This document shows positions 10,199-19,528 of a stretch of DNA of 64,000 nucleotides, one piece after another. The notes below the pieces were generated by a model. That model had not been told where the DNA came from. It saw nothing but the letters and a program-made list of their open reading frames with translations, and searched no databases. The DNA is from Parcubacteria group bacterium (GTDB lineage Bacteria; Patescibacteriota; Minisyncoccia; UBA6257; Colwellbacteraceae). The translations under genes and the position numbers were made by a program. Location of the stretch: NCBI GenBank assembly GCA_041649615.1, contig JBAZMT010000001.1:90981-154980 (forward strand), written 5' to 3'. Each line of letters opens with the position of its first letter. The stretch's first letter is position 1.

Positions 10199-10789
10199 TT
10201 ATTTGGAGCTTTTCAGTTTTTTGAGCGCTTCAATCGTGGCCATGGCGTTCGTAAGTTTGTTTTTCGTTCCGCCCAAACATTTGGCGGTAACGTCTTTAAC
10301 GCCCGATAAGAGCATTACGGCTCTCACCGCTCCACCCGCCATGAGTCCGTGTCCGACTTGGGCCGGTTTGAGTAAGACTTCCGCGGCGGAAAATTTCGCT
10401 TTCGTCTCGTGAGGTATCGTTCCGTTCACGATTTTAAAAGTAATAAGTTTTCTCTTGGCGGCGGTTTTGGCTTTTTGAATGGCGGCTTGAACGTCCGCGC
10501 CTTTCGCCACGCCTACGCCAACCGTTCCTTTGCCGTCTCCAATGACGACTGTCGCTCTGAATCTGAATCTCTTTCCTCCGGCAACAACGCGAGTAACGCG
10601 TCTTAAATCAAGAACGGATTCGTTCATTCCATCTCTTTCTTTTTCCGGCCGAGAATTGCGGCGAGGTCCTCCGTCTCTTCTAGAACCGGTGCGCCTCATA
10701 TTTCTGCCTCTGCCATTATTTTCGGGAGAAGGAGTGTTTCTAACCTCTGTCGGCGCCGTATTATTTTGTATTTCTTTTTCGTGAGCCAT
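10199..10789 (-). CDS. rpsE: 30S ribosomal protein uS5
   Basis: RRVTRVVAGGKRFRF, GLMAGG. Confidence 0.96.
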   Translation of the reverse strand: MAHEKEIQNNTAPTEVRNTPSPENNGRGRNMRRTGSRRDGGPRRNSRPEKERDGMNESVLDLRRVTRVVAGGKRFRFRATVVIGDGKGTVGVGVAKGADVQAAIQKAKTAAKRKLITFKIVNGTIPHETKAKFSAAEVLLKPAQVGHGLMAGGAVRAVMLLSGVKDVTAKCLGGTKNKLTNAMATIEALKKLKSSK

Positions 10790-10796
10790 GATTCGC

Positions 10797-11150
10797 TTAT
10801 ATTTTGATTCCTGATTTTCTTAAGGCTTCCGCGACAGATTTAATCCGACCGTGATATTTATAAGGGCCTTTATCAAAGACCATCATTTCAATTCCCGCTT
10901 CTTTAGCTTTTTTCGCCATAAGAGTACCGAGAGATTCGGCTCTTTCCGATTTCGTTTTACCTTCTTTCAGTTCTCTTGTGGAGGCCGAGGCGATGGTTTT
11001 ACGAACAGAGTCGTCAATCGCTTGAGCATACGTGTATCGGTTGCTTCTAAATACCGAAAGCCTCGGCTTTTTGGCCGTACCCAAAAGTTTCGCCCGCGTG
11101 CGCAAGGCTCTCTTTTTCGTTCTTAGGTTGTTTCTTTTAATTCGGTTCAT
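10797..11150 (-). CDS. rplR: 50S ribosomal protein uL18
   Basis: PRLSVFRSN, FDKGPYKYHGR. Confidence 0.95.
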   Translation of the reverse strand: MNRIKRNNLRTKKRALRTRAKLLGTAKKPRLSVFRSNRYTYAQAIDDSVRKTIASASTRELKEGKTKSERAESLGTLMAKKAKEAGIEMMVFDKGPYKYHGRIKSVAEALRKSGIKI

Positions 11151-11171
11151 GGCAACATTAAAAGACGCATA

Positions 11172-11723
11172 TTACTTGGATTCGCCGGCTCCGGCAACTT
11201 TCTTACCGGCCTTTCTTCTTATAACTTCACCCACGTACATTATTCCGGTTCCTTTGTACGGCTCCGGTTTTTTGATCGCTCGGATTTCCGCGGCGACTTC
11301 TCCCACCATTCGTTTGTCCGCGCCGGAAATTTTCAGAATGTTTTTTTCCGTAGAAGCTTTTACGCCCTCGGGAAGTTCAAACTTAACCGGATGAGAAAAA
11401 CCGACGCTTAAGACGATCGAGTTGCCTTCAATGTTGGCTCTGTAACCGACTCCCTCGATTTTCAGCTCTTTCACGAAGTCCGAGGTTACTCCCAAAACGG
11501 CGTTTGCAGCGAGCGCTCTCATCGTGCCCCAGTTAGACTTGGTTTGCTTGTCCGAGGAAGAAATACTGAATGATAAAACGTTGTCTTCCATTTTAGGTGA
11601 GACTCCGGGCAAGATAGGAACTTCTAAATTTCCGTTTTTTCCGGAAAATTTAATCACGTCTTCGTTTATAGCGAGATTTACTCCTTCGGGAATATTTATA
11701 ATTTGTTTTCCGATTTTAGACAT
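11172..11723 (-). CDS. rplF: 50S ribosomal protein uL6
   Basis: MSKIGK, GVGYRA, PEPYKGTGI. Confidence 0.96.
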   Translation of the reverse strand: MSKIGKQIINIPEGVNLAINEDVIKFSGKNGNLEVPILPGVSPKMEDNVLSFSISSSDKQTKSNWGTMRALAANAVLGVTSDFVKELKIEGVGYRANIEGNSIVLSVGFSHPVKFELPEGVKASTEKNILKISGADKRMVGEVAAEIRAIKKPEPYKGTGIMYVGEVIRRKAGKKVAGAGESK

Positions 11724-11726
11724 GAG

Positions 11727-12107
11727 TTACCAGATTTCAAATAAGACTTCGCCGCCGATTTTTGCCATTCTCGCTTCTTTTCCCGTCATTATCCCTTTCG
11801 GGGTCGTCATAAAATAATCGCCGTATCCTTGTTTGGACGAGCGAATGTCCTTATAACCCAGATAAGTTCTTCGCGAAGGCCGGCTTACGAGCTTTATCCC
11901 GTTAATTTTAGATTCGTCCCCTTCATATTTAACAGCGATATCAATGATTTTTTTGACGCTTCTTCCTTTCTTCTCGGCAGATTCCAAATAGCCCCTTCTC
12001 ACGAGGGCCTCCGCTATTTCGTAATCAAGTCTGGAAAAAGGTGCCTTAAGCCTCCGCTTTCCGGCCATTACGGCATTCCTTATTCTTGTTAGCATGCTTA
12101 TATACAT
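11727..12107 (-). CDS. rpsH: 30S ribosomal protein uS8
   Basis: MLTRIRNA, SRPSRR, GGEVLFEIW. Confidence 0.95.
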   Translation of the reverse strand: MYISMLTRIRNAVMAGKRRLKAPFSRLDYEIAEALVRRGYLESAEKKGRSVKKIIDIAVKYEGDESKINGIKLVSRPSRRTYLGYKDIRSSKQGYGDYFMTTPKGIMTGKEARMAKIGGEVLFEIW

Positions 12108-12119
12108 GGGTGGTGTTGT

Positions 12120-12305
12120 TTACCAAGAAGCTTTTTTAACGCCCGGGACCATGCCTTTGGAAGCGAGTTCCCTGAAGCATATTCGGCAAAGGCCAAAATC
12201 CCTTATATAGCCGTGTTTTCGGCCGCATTTAAAACAGCGGTTCACTGCCCGCGTGCTGAATTTTGGTTTTTTTCTAGCTCTCGCTATTACCGATTCTTTA
12301 GCCAT
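12120..12305 (-). CDS. rpsZ: 30S ribosomal protein uS14, zinc-binding type Z
   Basis: [23 protein letters not shown]. Confidence 0.95.
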   Translation of the reverse strand: MAKESVIARARKKPKFSTRAVNRCFKCGRKHGYIRDFGLCRICFRELASKGMVPGVKKASW

Positions 12306-12310
12306 ATTTT

Positions 12311-12811
12311 TTATTTAACGGCGACTAATGGTATCCCTTTTTCCTTGAAAAAATCAATGGCTTCTTCCCGGGTTAATCCTTCCGTGACGAGCGTTACTTC
12401 CAAGCCAAAAGTGACTTTTGACGACTCGGGGCTTGCTTCGGGAAAAACGAACTGATCTTTAAAGCCAAGGTTCAAATTACCCGCTCCGTCAACTTTGCTT
12501 TCGGGAACGCCCCTGAAATCTCTTACGCGGGGAAGAACTATTTTGGCGAGTTTGTTGAAAAAATCTTCCTTTCTTTTTCCGCGCAAGGTAGCGACCACTC
12601 CCACAACGTCGTTTTGTCTAACTTTAAATCCGGCGACCGATTTTTTCGCTTTTCTCACAGCGGGTCTTTGACCGACAATGTTCCCTAACTCCGAAATAAT
12701 ATCCGGAAGAACTTTCTCCTCAAAACTCGCGTTTTGACCACGCATTTTTCCGATACCCGCCGAAACGACTATTTTAAAAAGATTATTTAATTTTTCTCCG
12801 GATTTTCTCAT
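12311..12811 (-). CDS. rplE: 50S ribosomal protein uL5 (N-terminally short)
   Basis: [28 protein letters not shown]; ATG 12811 chosen just after the rplX stop. Confidence 0.92.
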   Translation of the reverse strand: MRKSGEKLNNLFKIVVSAGIGKMRGQNASFEEKVLPDIISELGNIVGQRPAVRKAKKSVAGFKVRQNDVVGVVATLRGKRKEDFFNKLAKIVLPRVRDFRGVPESKVDGAGNLNLGFKDQFVFPEASPESSKVTFGLEVTLVTEGLTREEAIDFFKEKGIPLVAVK

Positions 12812-12812
12812 T

Positions 12813-13118
12813 TTAAATCGTTGCTTTGCATTTTCTGCAGATCTTCTGCTTCTTGTCATCCTGAATGGAATAACCAATCCTCGTCGGTTTTCCGCATGAC
12901 GGACAAATAAGCATAACGTTATTTGCGGAAACCGGATGGGCGACGGAAACAATCTGGCCGTGCTCGCCCTGCTTCTTCGGTTTCACCGCTTTTTTAACCT
13001 GGTTTAATCCGTGAACGAGGACTCTGTTTTCTTTGGGAAACACTAAATCAATCTTGCCGGTTTTACCGCGATCTTTGCCTTTCATAATCATTACGTTGTC
13101 TCCTTTCTTTATCTTCAT
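12813..13118 (-). CDS. rplX: 50S ribosomal protein uL24
   Basis: KIKKGDNV..GKDRGKTG KOW motif; CPSC/CRKC. Confidence 0.95.
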   Translation of the reverse strand: MKIKKGDNVMIMKGKDRGKTGKIDLVFPKENRVLVHGLNQVKKAVKPKKQGEHGQIVSVAHPVSANNVMLICPSCGKPTRIGYSIQDDKKQKICRKCKATI

Positions 13119-13122
13119 TGTT

Positions 13123-13491
13123 TTAAACTATGTCTTCGGCAAGCGAGACTATTTTTTCATAACCTTTTTCCTTGAGTTCCCGGGGGATCGGACCGAAGAT
13201 ACGGGTTCCGACCGGTTCTTTTTTGGCATTAATAAGTACGGCGGCGTTATCGTCAAAACGGACGTAAAGTCCTCCTCTTCTTCTCATGTTCGTTCTGGCG
13301 CGAACGATGACGGCCTTCACGATGTCTTTTTTCTTAACGTTTTTTCTCGGCTCCGCCACTTGAACGGAAGCGATGATAACGTCTCCCAAACGCGCGATTT
13401 TTTTTCGGCTTCCGCCAAGAATGCGAAAACAACGGATGGTCTTCGCTCCTGAATTGTCGGCAACTTTTAATATGGATCTTTCTTGAATCAT
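13123..13491 (-). CDS. rplN: 50S ribosomal protein uL14
   Basis: VADNSGA, FDDNAAV, GTRIFGP. Confidence 0.97.
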   Translation of the reverse strand: MIQERSILKVADNSGAKTIRCFRILGGSRKKIARLGDVIIASVQVAEPRKNVKKKDIVKAVIVRARTNMRRRGGLYVRFDDNAAVLINAKKEPVGTRIFGPIPRELKEKGYEKIVSLAEDIV

Positions 13492-13495
13492 TATT

Positions 13496-13747
13496 TTAGG
13501 AAGCTTTTGAAATGACCCTCCATCTCTTTTCTCTGGAGAGCGGTCTCGTTTCTTCTATCACGACTTTATCTCCGACATGATAAGCGTTTTCTTCGTCATG
13601 CGCTTTGAACTTTTTATTGAAGCCGAACTGTTTTCCGTATTTCGGTTCGTTTTTTACGCGTAGCACGGATACGACTACAGTCTTGTCGTTCTTGTCGGAT
13701 ACCACTACGCCCGTGAGTCTTCTTGTTTTTTTAGCAGTTTTTTCCAT
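13496..13747 (-). CDS. rpsQ: 30S ribosomal protein uS17
   Basis: GVVVSDK, AHDE, ETRPLS. Confidence 0.95.
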   Translation of the reverse strand: MEKTAKKTRRLTGVVVSDKNDKTVVVSVLRVKNEPKYGKQFGFNKKFKAHDEENAYHVGDKVVIEETRPLSREKRWRVISKAS

Positions 13748-13748
13748 G

Positions 13749-14159
13749 TTATTTGACGATGACTCTTGTTTTAACCGGGAGTTTATGACCGGCTATTCGG
13801 AAAGCATCGCGCGCGACCGATTCGGGGACGCCGTCCATTTCAAAAATTATCCGACCGGGTTTTACCGGACAGACGTAGTGATCAACCGCTCCTTTACCCG
13901 CGCCCATCGTAACTTCGGGCGGTTTCTGGGTTATCGGTTTATCGGGGAAAATCCGGATCCATATTTTTCCTTCTCTTTTAATGAAGTTCGTGAGCGCTTT
14001 TCTCGCGGCTTCAATTTGAGCGGAAGTTACCCAAGACGAGCCAAGCGACTGAAGGCCATAGGAACCAAAAGAAAGCTCCAAACCGCGCGTTTCAGTCGTT
14101 CTTTTGAGGGAGCGTCCTTTTTGCCATTTTCTATGTTTTACCTTCTTTGGAATAAGCAT
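13749..14159 (-). CDS. rplP: 50S ribosomal protein uL16
   Basis: [21 protein letters not shown]. Confidence 0.97.
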   Translation of the reverse strand: MLIPKKVKHRKWQKGRSLKRTTETRGLELSFGSYGLQSLGSSWVTSAQIEAARKALTNFIKREGKIWIRIFPDKPITQKPPEVTMGAGKGAVDHYVCPVKPGRIIFEMDGVPESVARDAFRIAGHKLPVKTRVIVK

Positions 14160-14168
14160 GGGATTTGT

Positions 14169-14864
14169 TTATTTCTGGGACTCCGCGGCCTCTTTTTCCT
14201 TGAAAACCTCGCCTTTATAAATCCAAACTTTTATACCAATTGTGCCGTAAGTAGTAAAGGCGGTCGCTTCGCCGTAATCAACGTCCGCTCGAAGGGTCGT
14301 CAAAGGGAGACTTCCGGCCGTAAGCCATTCGGTTCTTGCGATTTCCGCACCGTCTAATCGTCCACCGACTTTGATTTTCACGCCCTTGACTCCTCTTATC
14401 GCCATCGTTTCATCAAGATATTTCTTAATGGTTCTCCTGAACTTAAATCTGCGCTCCAAATCGGACGCAATGTTTTCGGCGACAACTTGAGCCGCGACTT
14501 CGCCTCTCGGAAGTTCGGAAACGTTAAGACTGACATTCGGAACGGGTTCGTTTATCTTGTTTTTCCTCCTTAGTTTTATGATTCCTTTGATCACTTCCTT
14601 ATTCAAATCTTCTATGCCTTTTCCGCCGCGTCCGATTATGAGTCCCGGACGAGCAGCTTTAATGAATATCCGATAAGCGTTTGCCGTGCGTTCAATAGTA
14701 ACGTGAACAACGCCCGCTTGGGACAGTTTTTTTGAAATAATGTTTCTTATAAGAACGTCTTCCTCAAGAAAACGCCTGGTTTTTTCCGCGTTTCCAATCC
14801 AACGGGCGTTCCATCCTCTCAGTATTCCTAGTCTTAACGAATTGGGTTTAATTTTGTGTCCCAT
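14169..14864 (-). CDS. rpsC: 30S ribosomal protein uS3
   Basis: MGHK, RPGLIIGRGG, GRLDGAEIAR, LRADVDY. Confidence 0.97.
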   Translation of the reverse strand: MGHKIKPNSLRLGILRGWNARWIGNAEKTRRFLEEDVLIRNIISKKLSQAGVVHVTIERTANAYRIFIKAARPGLIIGRGGKGIEDLNKEVIKGIIKLRRKNKINEPVPNVSLNVSELPRGEVAAQVVAENIASDLERRFKFRRTIKKYLDETMAIRGVKGVKIKVGGRLDGAEIARTEWLTAGSLPLTTLRADVDYGEATAFTTYGTIGIKVWIYKGEVFKEKEAAESQK

Positions 14865-14870
14865 GATAAT

Positions 14871-15416
14871 TTATATGGCTTTTCGCCTGAACATTCTTTT
14901 AACCGCGTTTTCGGCTTTTTTCTCGGCCGGTTGACGGGCGGCTTTTTCTTTAGATTCCTTTTTTTCTTTCGGTTTGGGTTCTTCTTTCTTCAGAGTTTTA
15001 TCGGAAGTTTTGCCGCGTTTCGGAGCTTTTTTGGTTTTCTTCTTCTGGATCGGTTCGGAAATGGCAAAACGGCTTTTTTTTGAGGAGTCTGAAGCGAGCA
15101 CAATCGTTACATGGGAGAATTTTTTATGCAAAGGCGTGGCCATACCTCTCGCGCGAGGCAACCATCTTTTTAAAACCGGCCCTTCGTCAGCCCAGATTTC
15201 TTTAACAAAAAGAGTATCCGCGGCCAGACCTTTATTTTTGGCGTTGGCAACGGCGCTTCGCAAAAGTTTTAAAATAGGTCGAACGGCGCGTTCGCGTCTG
15301 AACAAAAGCTGCGCTTCGGCTTCTCCAACGGGAAGACCCGAAATAATCCGAATAATACCTCTTACCTTTCTCGGAGTAATATCCAATCTATTCAGTTTTG
15401 CCGTTACGTCTGCCAT
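14871..15416 (-). CDS. rplV: 50S ribosomal protein uL22 with a Lys-rich C-terminal extension
   Basis: TPRKVR, SAVANA, PRARG, SHVTIVL followed by a ~70 aa tail. Confidence 0.93.
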   Translation of the reverse strand: MADVTAKLNRLDITPRKVRGIIRIISGLPVGEAEAQLLFRRERAVRPILKLLRSAVANAKNKGLAADTLFVKEIWADEGPVLKRWLPRARGMATPLHKKFSHVTIVLASDSSKKSRFAISEPIQKKKTKKAPKRGKTSDKTLKKEEPKPKEKKESKEKAARQPAEKKAENAVKRMFRRKAI

Positions 15417-15426
15417 TGGTTATTTT

Positions 15427-15735
15427 TTATTTTCCTGCCGGGGAAGGAGTAGCTGCGCCGGCGCTTTTTTCGGCTTCTTTTTGCAGTTTTCCGCCGTGAC
15501 GGACGAATTTCTTGGTGGGAGCGAATTCACCGAGCCGATGACCTACCATTTCTTCCGTAACTCTCACTTCAACGAACGATTTTCCGGTATGCACCGAAAA
15601 AACGCAACCGACCATTTCGGGGGCAATTTCCGAGGACCTGGACCAAGTTTTGATGGGAGTCGTCTTATCGGAAGCGAGCGCTTTCTTCAAGAGCTTCTCG
15701 TCAACGTACGGTCCTTTTCTGGTACTTCTAGACAT
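15427..15735 (-). CDS. rpsS: 30S ribosomal protein uS19
   Basis: [19 protein letters not shown]. Confidence 0.96.
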   Translation of the reverse strand: MSRSTRKGPYVDEKLLKKALASDKTTPIKTWSRSSEIAPEMVGCVFSVHTGKSFVEVRVTEEMVGHRLGEFAPTKKFVRHGGKLQKEAEKSAGAATPSPAGK

Positions 15736-15738
15736 GAT

Positions 15739-16575
15739 TTATTTTCTACTCTTTTTCACTCTTCTTTTCACGATGAGGGTGTTTGACCATTTTTTCTTAT
15801 TCCTGGTTTTCCGGCCTCCGGTAACTTTTCCGGTAAAGCTTTTCGGTTTTCTCGTTCCTCTCGGTTGTCTGCCTTCTCCGCCGCCGTACGGATGGTCGCA
15901 AGGATTCATGGCCGTTCCCCTAACGGTAGGTCTTATTCCCATGCCTCTTACGCGTCCCGCTTTGCCGATATTCACAAGCTGCCAGTCGGGATTGGAGACT
16001 TGGCCAATGGTCGCAAAACCGTCGGAAAGAACTCTTCTTACTTCGCCCGAAGCCATTTTAAGATGACTGTATCCGGCATCGTGTCCCTGCACTTCAACGT
16101 ATGAACCGGCCGAACGGGCGAGTTGTCCGCCTTTGCCGGGATTAACTTCCACGTTATAAACCTGGGTACCGACCGGAATGTTTTTAAGCCTCATTCGATT
16201 GCCGACAGTAAAGGAAGCGGACTCGGCGGTAATCACTTTGTCTCCAATTTTTATGCCAAAAGGCGCCAAGGAGTATCTTCTTTCACCGTCTTTATAGAGA
16301 AGCTTCATTATAAAAGCCGTTCTGTAGGGATCGTATTCCAGCGTTTCCACTCTCGCCGGGACGTTAAGCTTGTCGGTCGCAACAAAATCAACCAACCGAT
16401 AAAGTTTCTTATTTCCTCCCCCTTGGTGACGAACGGTGATGCGCCCCTGACTGTTTCTTCCGGATTTTGATTGGATTTTAAAAGTTAAATTCCGATCGCA
16501 GACACCGTTCAAGACGCCGTAATCGGGTAGGCTCATATGTCTTCTTGAGGGAGTTGTCGGATTAAACTTTTTCAT
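15739..16575 (-). CDS. rplB: 50S ribosomal protein uL2
   Basis: GRITVRHQGGG, EYDP, VRGTAMNPCDHPYGGGEG. Confidence 0.97.
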   Translation of the reverse strand: MKKFNPTTPSRRHMSLPDYGVLNGVCDRNLTFKIQSKSGRNSQGRITVRHQGGGNKKLYRLVDFVATDKLNVPARVETLEYDPYRTAFIMKLLYKDGERRYSLAPFGIKIGDKVITAESASFTVGNRMRLKNIPVGTQVYNVEVNPGKGGQLARSAGSYVEVQGHDAGYSHLKMASGEVRRVLSDGFATIGQVSNPDWQLVNIGKAGRVRGMGIRPTVRGTAMNPCDHPYGGGEGRQPRGTRKPKSFTGKVTGGRKTRNKKKWSNTLIVKRRVKKSRK

Positions 16576-16798
16576 TGATGGTTTGTCCCGTTTTTAAGGC
16601 GACTATCGCTTTTTTCCGGTTTGCGATGCGTACGGTTCTAACCGATACCACGTTCACTTTATGGTTTTTCTCAAGCGTTTTTTTGATCTCGCTCTTATTA
16701 GCAGAACGGAGAACGTCAAAAACATACTTGTTCTCGTTTTTGAGAAACCCCGCTTTTTCGGTTATGTGAGGTTTTTTTATGAGTTCCTTATTCGGCAT
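16562..16798 (-). CDS. rplW: 50S ribosomal protein uL23 (short)
   Basis: PHITEK, KYVF, ANKSEIK, KKAIVAL. Confidence 0.9.
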   Translation of the reverse strand: MPNKELIKKPHITEKAGFLKNENKYVFDVLRSANKSEIKKTLEKNHKVNVVSVRTVRIANRKKAIVALKTGQTINEKV

Positions 16799-17411
16799 GA
16801 TAGTGATTTTCTATTGCGTTCACGGCTTCTTTTTCAAGCAGGATGTCCTTATAACACAAAAGGTCGTAGACGTTAAGGGATTTCGGATCAAGACTTTTAA
16901 CCTTCGGGATATTCGCCGAAGCTTTATAAATATTTTTATTTTCAGCAGAAGGCACGATGAGAGCGCTTTTTGAAAACGGCTGGATCAATGCCACCGCAAG
17001 ACGGGTTTTCGGTTCGGAAATGGAAAGAGATTCCACGACTTTCAATTCTCCTTCGGCGAGCTTTTTGGAAAGAACGGAGAATATGGCCGCTTGTTTCATC
17101 TTCTTGTTTATCTTTCTCGCAAAAATCTTCTCATTGGAAGGCCCGAAGGTAACGCCTCCTCCTCTCCAAAGCGGTGAACGAATTGAACCGTGCCTCGCGC
17201 GACCGGTTCCCTTTTGCCTCCACGGTTTTTTTCCGCCGCCGCGCACTTCTCCGCGTCCTTTGGTGTGTGCGACGGGAACACGCGCGTTTGAAAGCTGCGC
17301 CTTAAGCGCTTGGTTTACAAGATCAGGGTTCCATGGAGCATTGAAGACTTTCTCCGAGAGTTCCACTTTCCCCGTTACTTTGGCTTTATTGTCGTAAAGT
17401 TCCGCAATCAT
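16788..17411 (-). CDS. rplD: 50S ribosomal protein uL4
   Basis: EVRGGGKKPWRQKGTGRARHGS. Confidence 0.97.
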   Translation of the reverse strand: MIAELYDNKAKVTGKVELSEKVFNAPWNPDLVNQALKAQLSNARVPVAHTKGRGEVRGGGKKPWRQKGTGRARHGSIRSPLWRGGGVTFGPSNEKIFARKINKKMKQAAIFSVLSKKLAEGELKVVESLSISEPKTRLAVALIQPFSKSALIVPSAENKNIYKASANIPKVKSLDPKSLNVYDLLCYKDILLEKEAVNAIENHYHAE

Positions 17412-17414
17412 GAT

Positions 17415-17837
17415 TTATAAATATATTTTGACTTTACTGCCGCGAGTTCCGGGAACCGAACCGTTCACGGCAAGCATTTTGTTTTCGGGGACCCAGGAAA
17501 TAACTTTTATCCGCTTCAGTGTTTTTCTGTCCCCTCCCATTCGGCCGCCCATTTTTCTTCCAGGAATTACGCGTTGCGGAGCGGTAGGACCGAGTGATCC
17601 CGGAGCTCTGTGACGATTTTTCTGACCGTGAGTCTTGGGACCTCCGGCAAATCCATGTCTTTTAACCACTCCTTGAAAGCCTTTTCCTTTTGAAACGCCC
17701 ACAATTTTACCCAAAACGAGCCCTTCGGAAAGTTCGGGGCTTTCTGGCTCGTCGATCAAAATCCAGGTGACGGGAAATGCGTCCGCATCCCTTAAAATCT
17801 GATCCATTTTCACTTTTCGGCCGATAATGGGATTCAT
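17415..17837 (-). CDS. rplC: 50S ribosomal protein uL3, internally deleted (140 aa)
   Basis: SKGKGFQGVVKRHGF, HRAPGSLG, GRMGG, GSVPG. Confidence 0.92.
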   Translation of the reverse strand: MNPIIGRKVKMDQILRDADAFPVTWILIDEPESPELSEGLVLGKIVGVSKGKGFQGVVKRHGFAGGPKTHGQKNRHRAPGSLGPTAPQRVIPGRKMGGRMGGDRKTLKRIKVISWVPENKMLAVNGSVPGTRGSKVKIYL

Positions 17838-17862
17838 TTTTCTAAAGCGCGAGTTTTTCGCA

Positions 17863-17928
17863 AAAAAATAACCGGGATAGCCTCGGTTATTTTTTCCTGT
17901 TTTTCTCGGCTATTCTCTCTAAAGAGAG
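17863..17928 (-). promoter_or_regulatory. Terminator/attenuator-like structure between rpsJ and rplC
   Basis: AAAAAATAACCG...CGGTTATTTTTT hairpin with a U-tract, plus a near copy of one arm at 17905-17914. Confidence 0.5.
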
Positions 17929-17940
17929 GCGCCTTGAATG

Positions 17941-18246
17941 TTAAACCATTTTAACTTCTATGTCCACTCCCGCTGGCAGGTTCAAATCGGAGAGCGATTC
18001 CATTAAACGCTGGCTGGGGTTCAAGATGTCAATAATCCTTTTATGGACCCGGAGTTCAAACTGCTCCCGGCTGTTTTTATAGACAAACGATGAGCGATTG
18101 ACGGTGTATTTCCTGAATTCCGTGGGCAACGGGATGGGCCCGATGATGTCCGCGGCGGAACGCAGAAGTACTTCAACTATCTGGCGACAGGAATTATCTA
18201 TCAGCCGCTGATCGTACGATTTAATTCTTAACCTCAGCTTATCCAA
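17941..18246 (-). CDS. rpsJ: 30S ribosomal protein uS10
   Basis: LRIKSYD, GPIPLPT, SREQFE, LPAGVDI. Confidence 0.95.
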   Translation of the reverse strand: MDKLRLRIKSYDQRLIDNSCRQIVEVLLRSAADIIGPIPLPTEFRKYTVNRSSFVYKNSREQFELRVHKRIIDILNPSQRLMESLSDLNLPAGVDIEVKMV

Positions 18247-18258
18247 GATGGCGTAATC

Positions 18259-19452
18259 TTACTTGTTAATTTTAGTTACGACACCTGCGCCAACGGTTTT
18301 GCCTCCTTCGCGAATGGCGAAACGCTGTTGTTCCTCAAGCGCAACCGGAGCAATGAGAGAAACACTAACCTTAACGGTGTCTCCAGGCATAGCCATTTCG
18401 GTTCCTTCAGGAAGTTTGATTTCTCCCGTAACATCCGTGGTGCGGATATAGAATTGCGGTTTGTAGCCTCCGAATATCGGAGTGTGACGGCCTCCTTCTT
18501 CTTTGCTCAAAAGAAGAACTTCGGCGTCAAAATCAGTGTGCGGAGTAACGCTTCCCGGTTTCGCCAAAACCTGGCCGCGTTCAACATCTTCTTTTTTGGT
18601 ACCTCTTAAAAGAACACCGGTGTTATCTCCAGCCCGGCCTTCGTCGAGCTGCTTGTTAAACATTTCAATACCCGTAATGACCGTTTTCACGGTGGGCTTG
18701 ATTCCGATGATCTCCACTTCATCGTTTAATTTCACGATACCGCGTTCAATACGGCCGGTAACGACGGTTCCTCTTCCTTCAATCGTGAAGATGTCTTCAA
18801 TAGGCATAAGGAACGGTTTGTCGGTTTCACGCTTCGGTTCGGGAATATAAGTGTCTAAGGCGTTAACGAGTTCGAGGATGGGCTTTACGGCTTCATCGTC
18901 CGCGCTCGTCGCTTCAAGAGCTTTAAGAGCCGATCCGCGGATTATCGGAATTTCGCTTCCCGGATATTGATACTTGGAAAGAAGTTCTCTCACTTCCGCT
19001 TCCACGAGGTCAATGAGTTCCGGATCGTCAACCATATCGGTTTTGTTCAAGAAGACGACAATTGCCGGAACGCCGACTTGTCTTGCGAGAAGAATGTGTT
19101 CCCTCGTTTGAGGCATCGGGCCGTCAGCGGCGGAAACAACGAGAATCGCGCCGTCCATTTGAGCGGCACCCGTAATCATGTTCTTGATGTAGTCAGCGTG
19201 ACCCGGAGCGTCAATGTGCGCGTAGTGGCGCTTTTCCGATTCGTATTCGGAGTGATGCAACGCGATGGTGATACCGCGCGCTTTTTCTTCTGGAGCGTTG
19301 TCTATCTGATCAACTTTTTCCTCTTTTTTGGCAAGTCCTTTGAGGAAAAGGGTATGAGTCAAAGCGGCAGTAAGGGTGGTCTTACCATGGTCAACGTGCC
19401 CAATGGTACCGACGTTTACATGCGGCTTTGAGCGTTCAAATTTATCTGCCAT
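18259..19452 (-). CDS. tuf: Elongation factor Tu
   Basis: [26 protein letters not shown]. Confidence 0.98.
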   Translation of the reverse strand: MADKFERSKPHVNVGTIGHVDHGKTTLTAALTHTLFLKGLAKKEEKVDQIDNAPEEKARGITIALHHSEYESEKRHYAHIDAPGHADYIKNMITGAAQMDGAILVVSAADGPMPQTREHILLARQVGVPAIVVFLNKTDMVDDPELIDLVEAEVRELLSKYQYPGSEIPIIRGSALKALEATSADDEAVKPILELVNALDTYIPEPKRETDKPFLMPIEDIFTIEGRGTVVTGRIERGIVKLNDEVEIIGIKPTVKTVITGIEMFNKQLDEGRAGDNTGVLLRGTKKEDVERGQVLAKPGSVTPHTDFDAEVLLLSKEEGGRHTPIFGGYKPQFYIRTTDVTGEIKLPEGTEMAMPGDTVKVSVSLIAPVALEEQQRFAIREGGKTVGAGVVTKINK

Positions 19453-19497
19453 TTAAACCGTAATTCTTATTGATTTATTGAAATTTTGCGACTTTTG

Positions 19498-19527
19498 AAT
19501 TCTAACGATGACTTGACTAGCTGTCAA
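19498..19527 (-). promoter_or_regulatory. Sigma70-type promoter of tuf
   Basis: TTGACA-17 nt-TAGAAT on the minus strand. Confidence 0.6.
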
Positions 19528-19528
19528 C

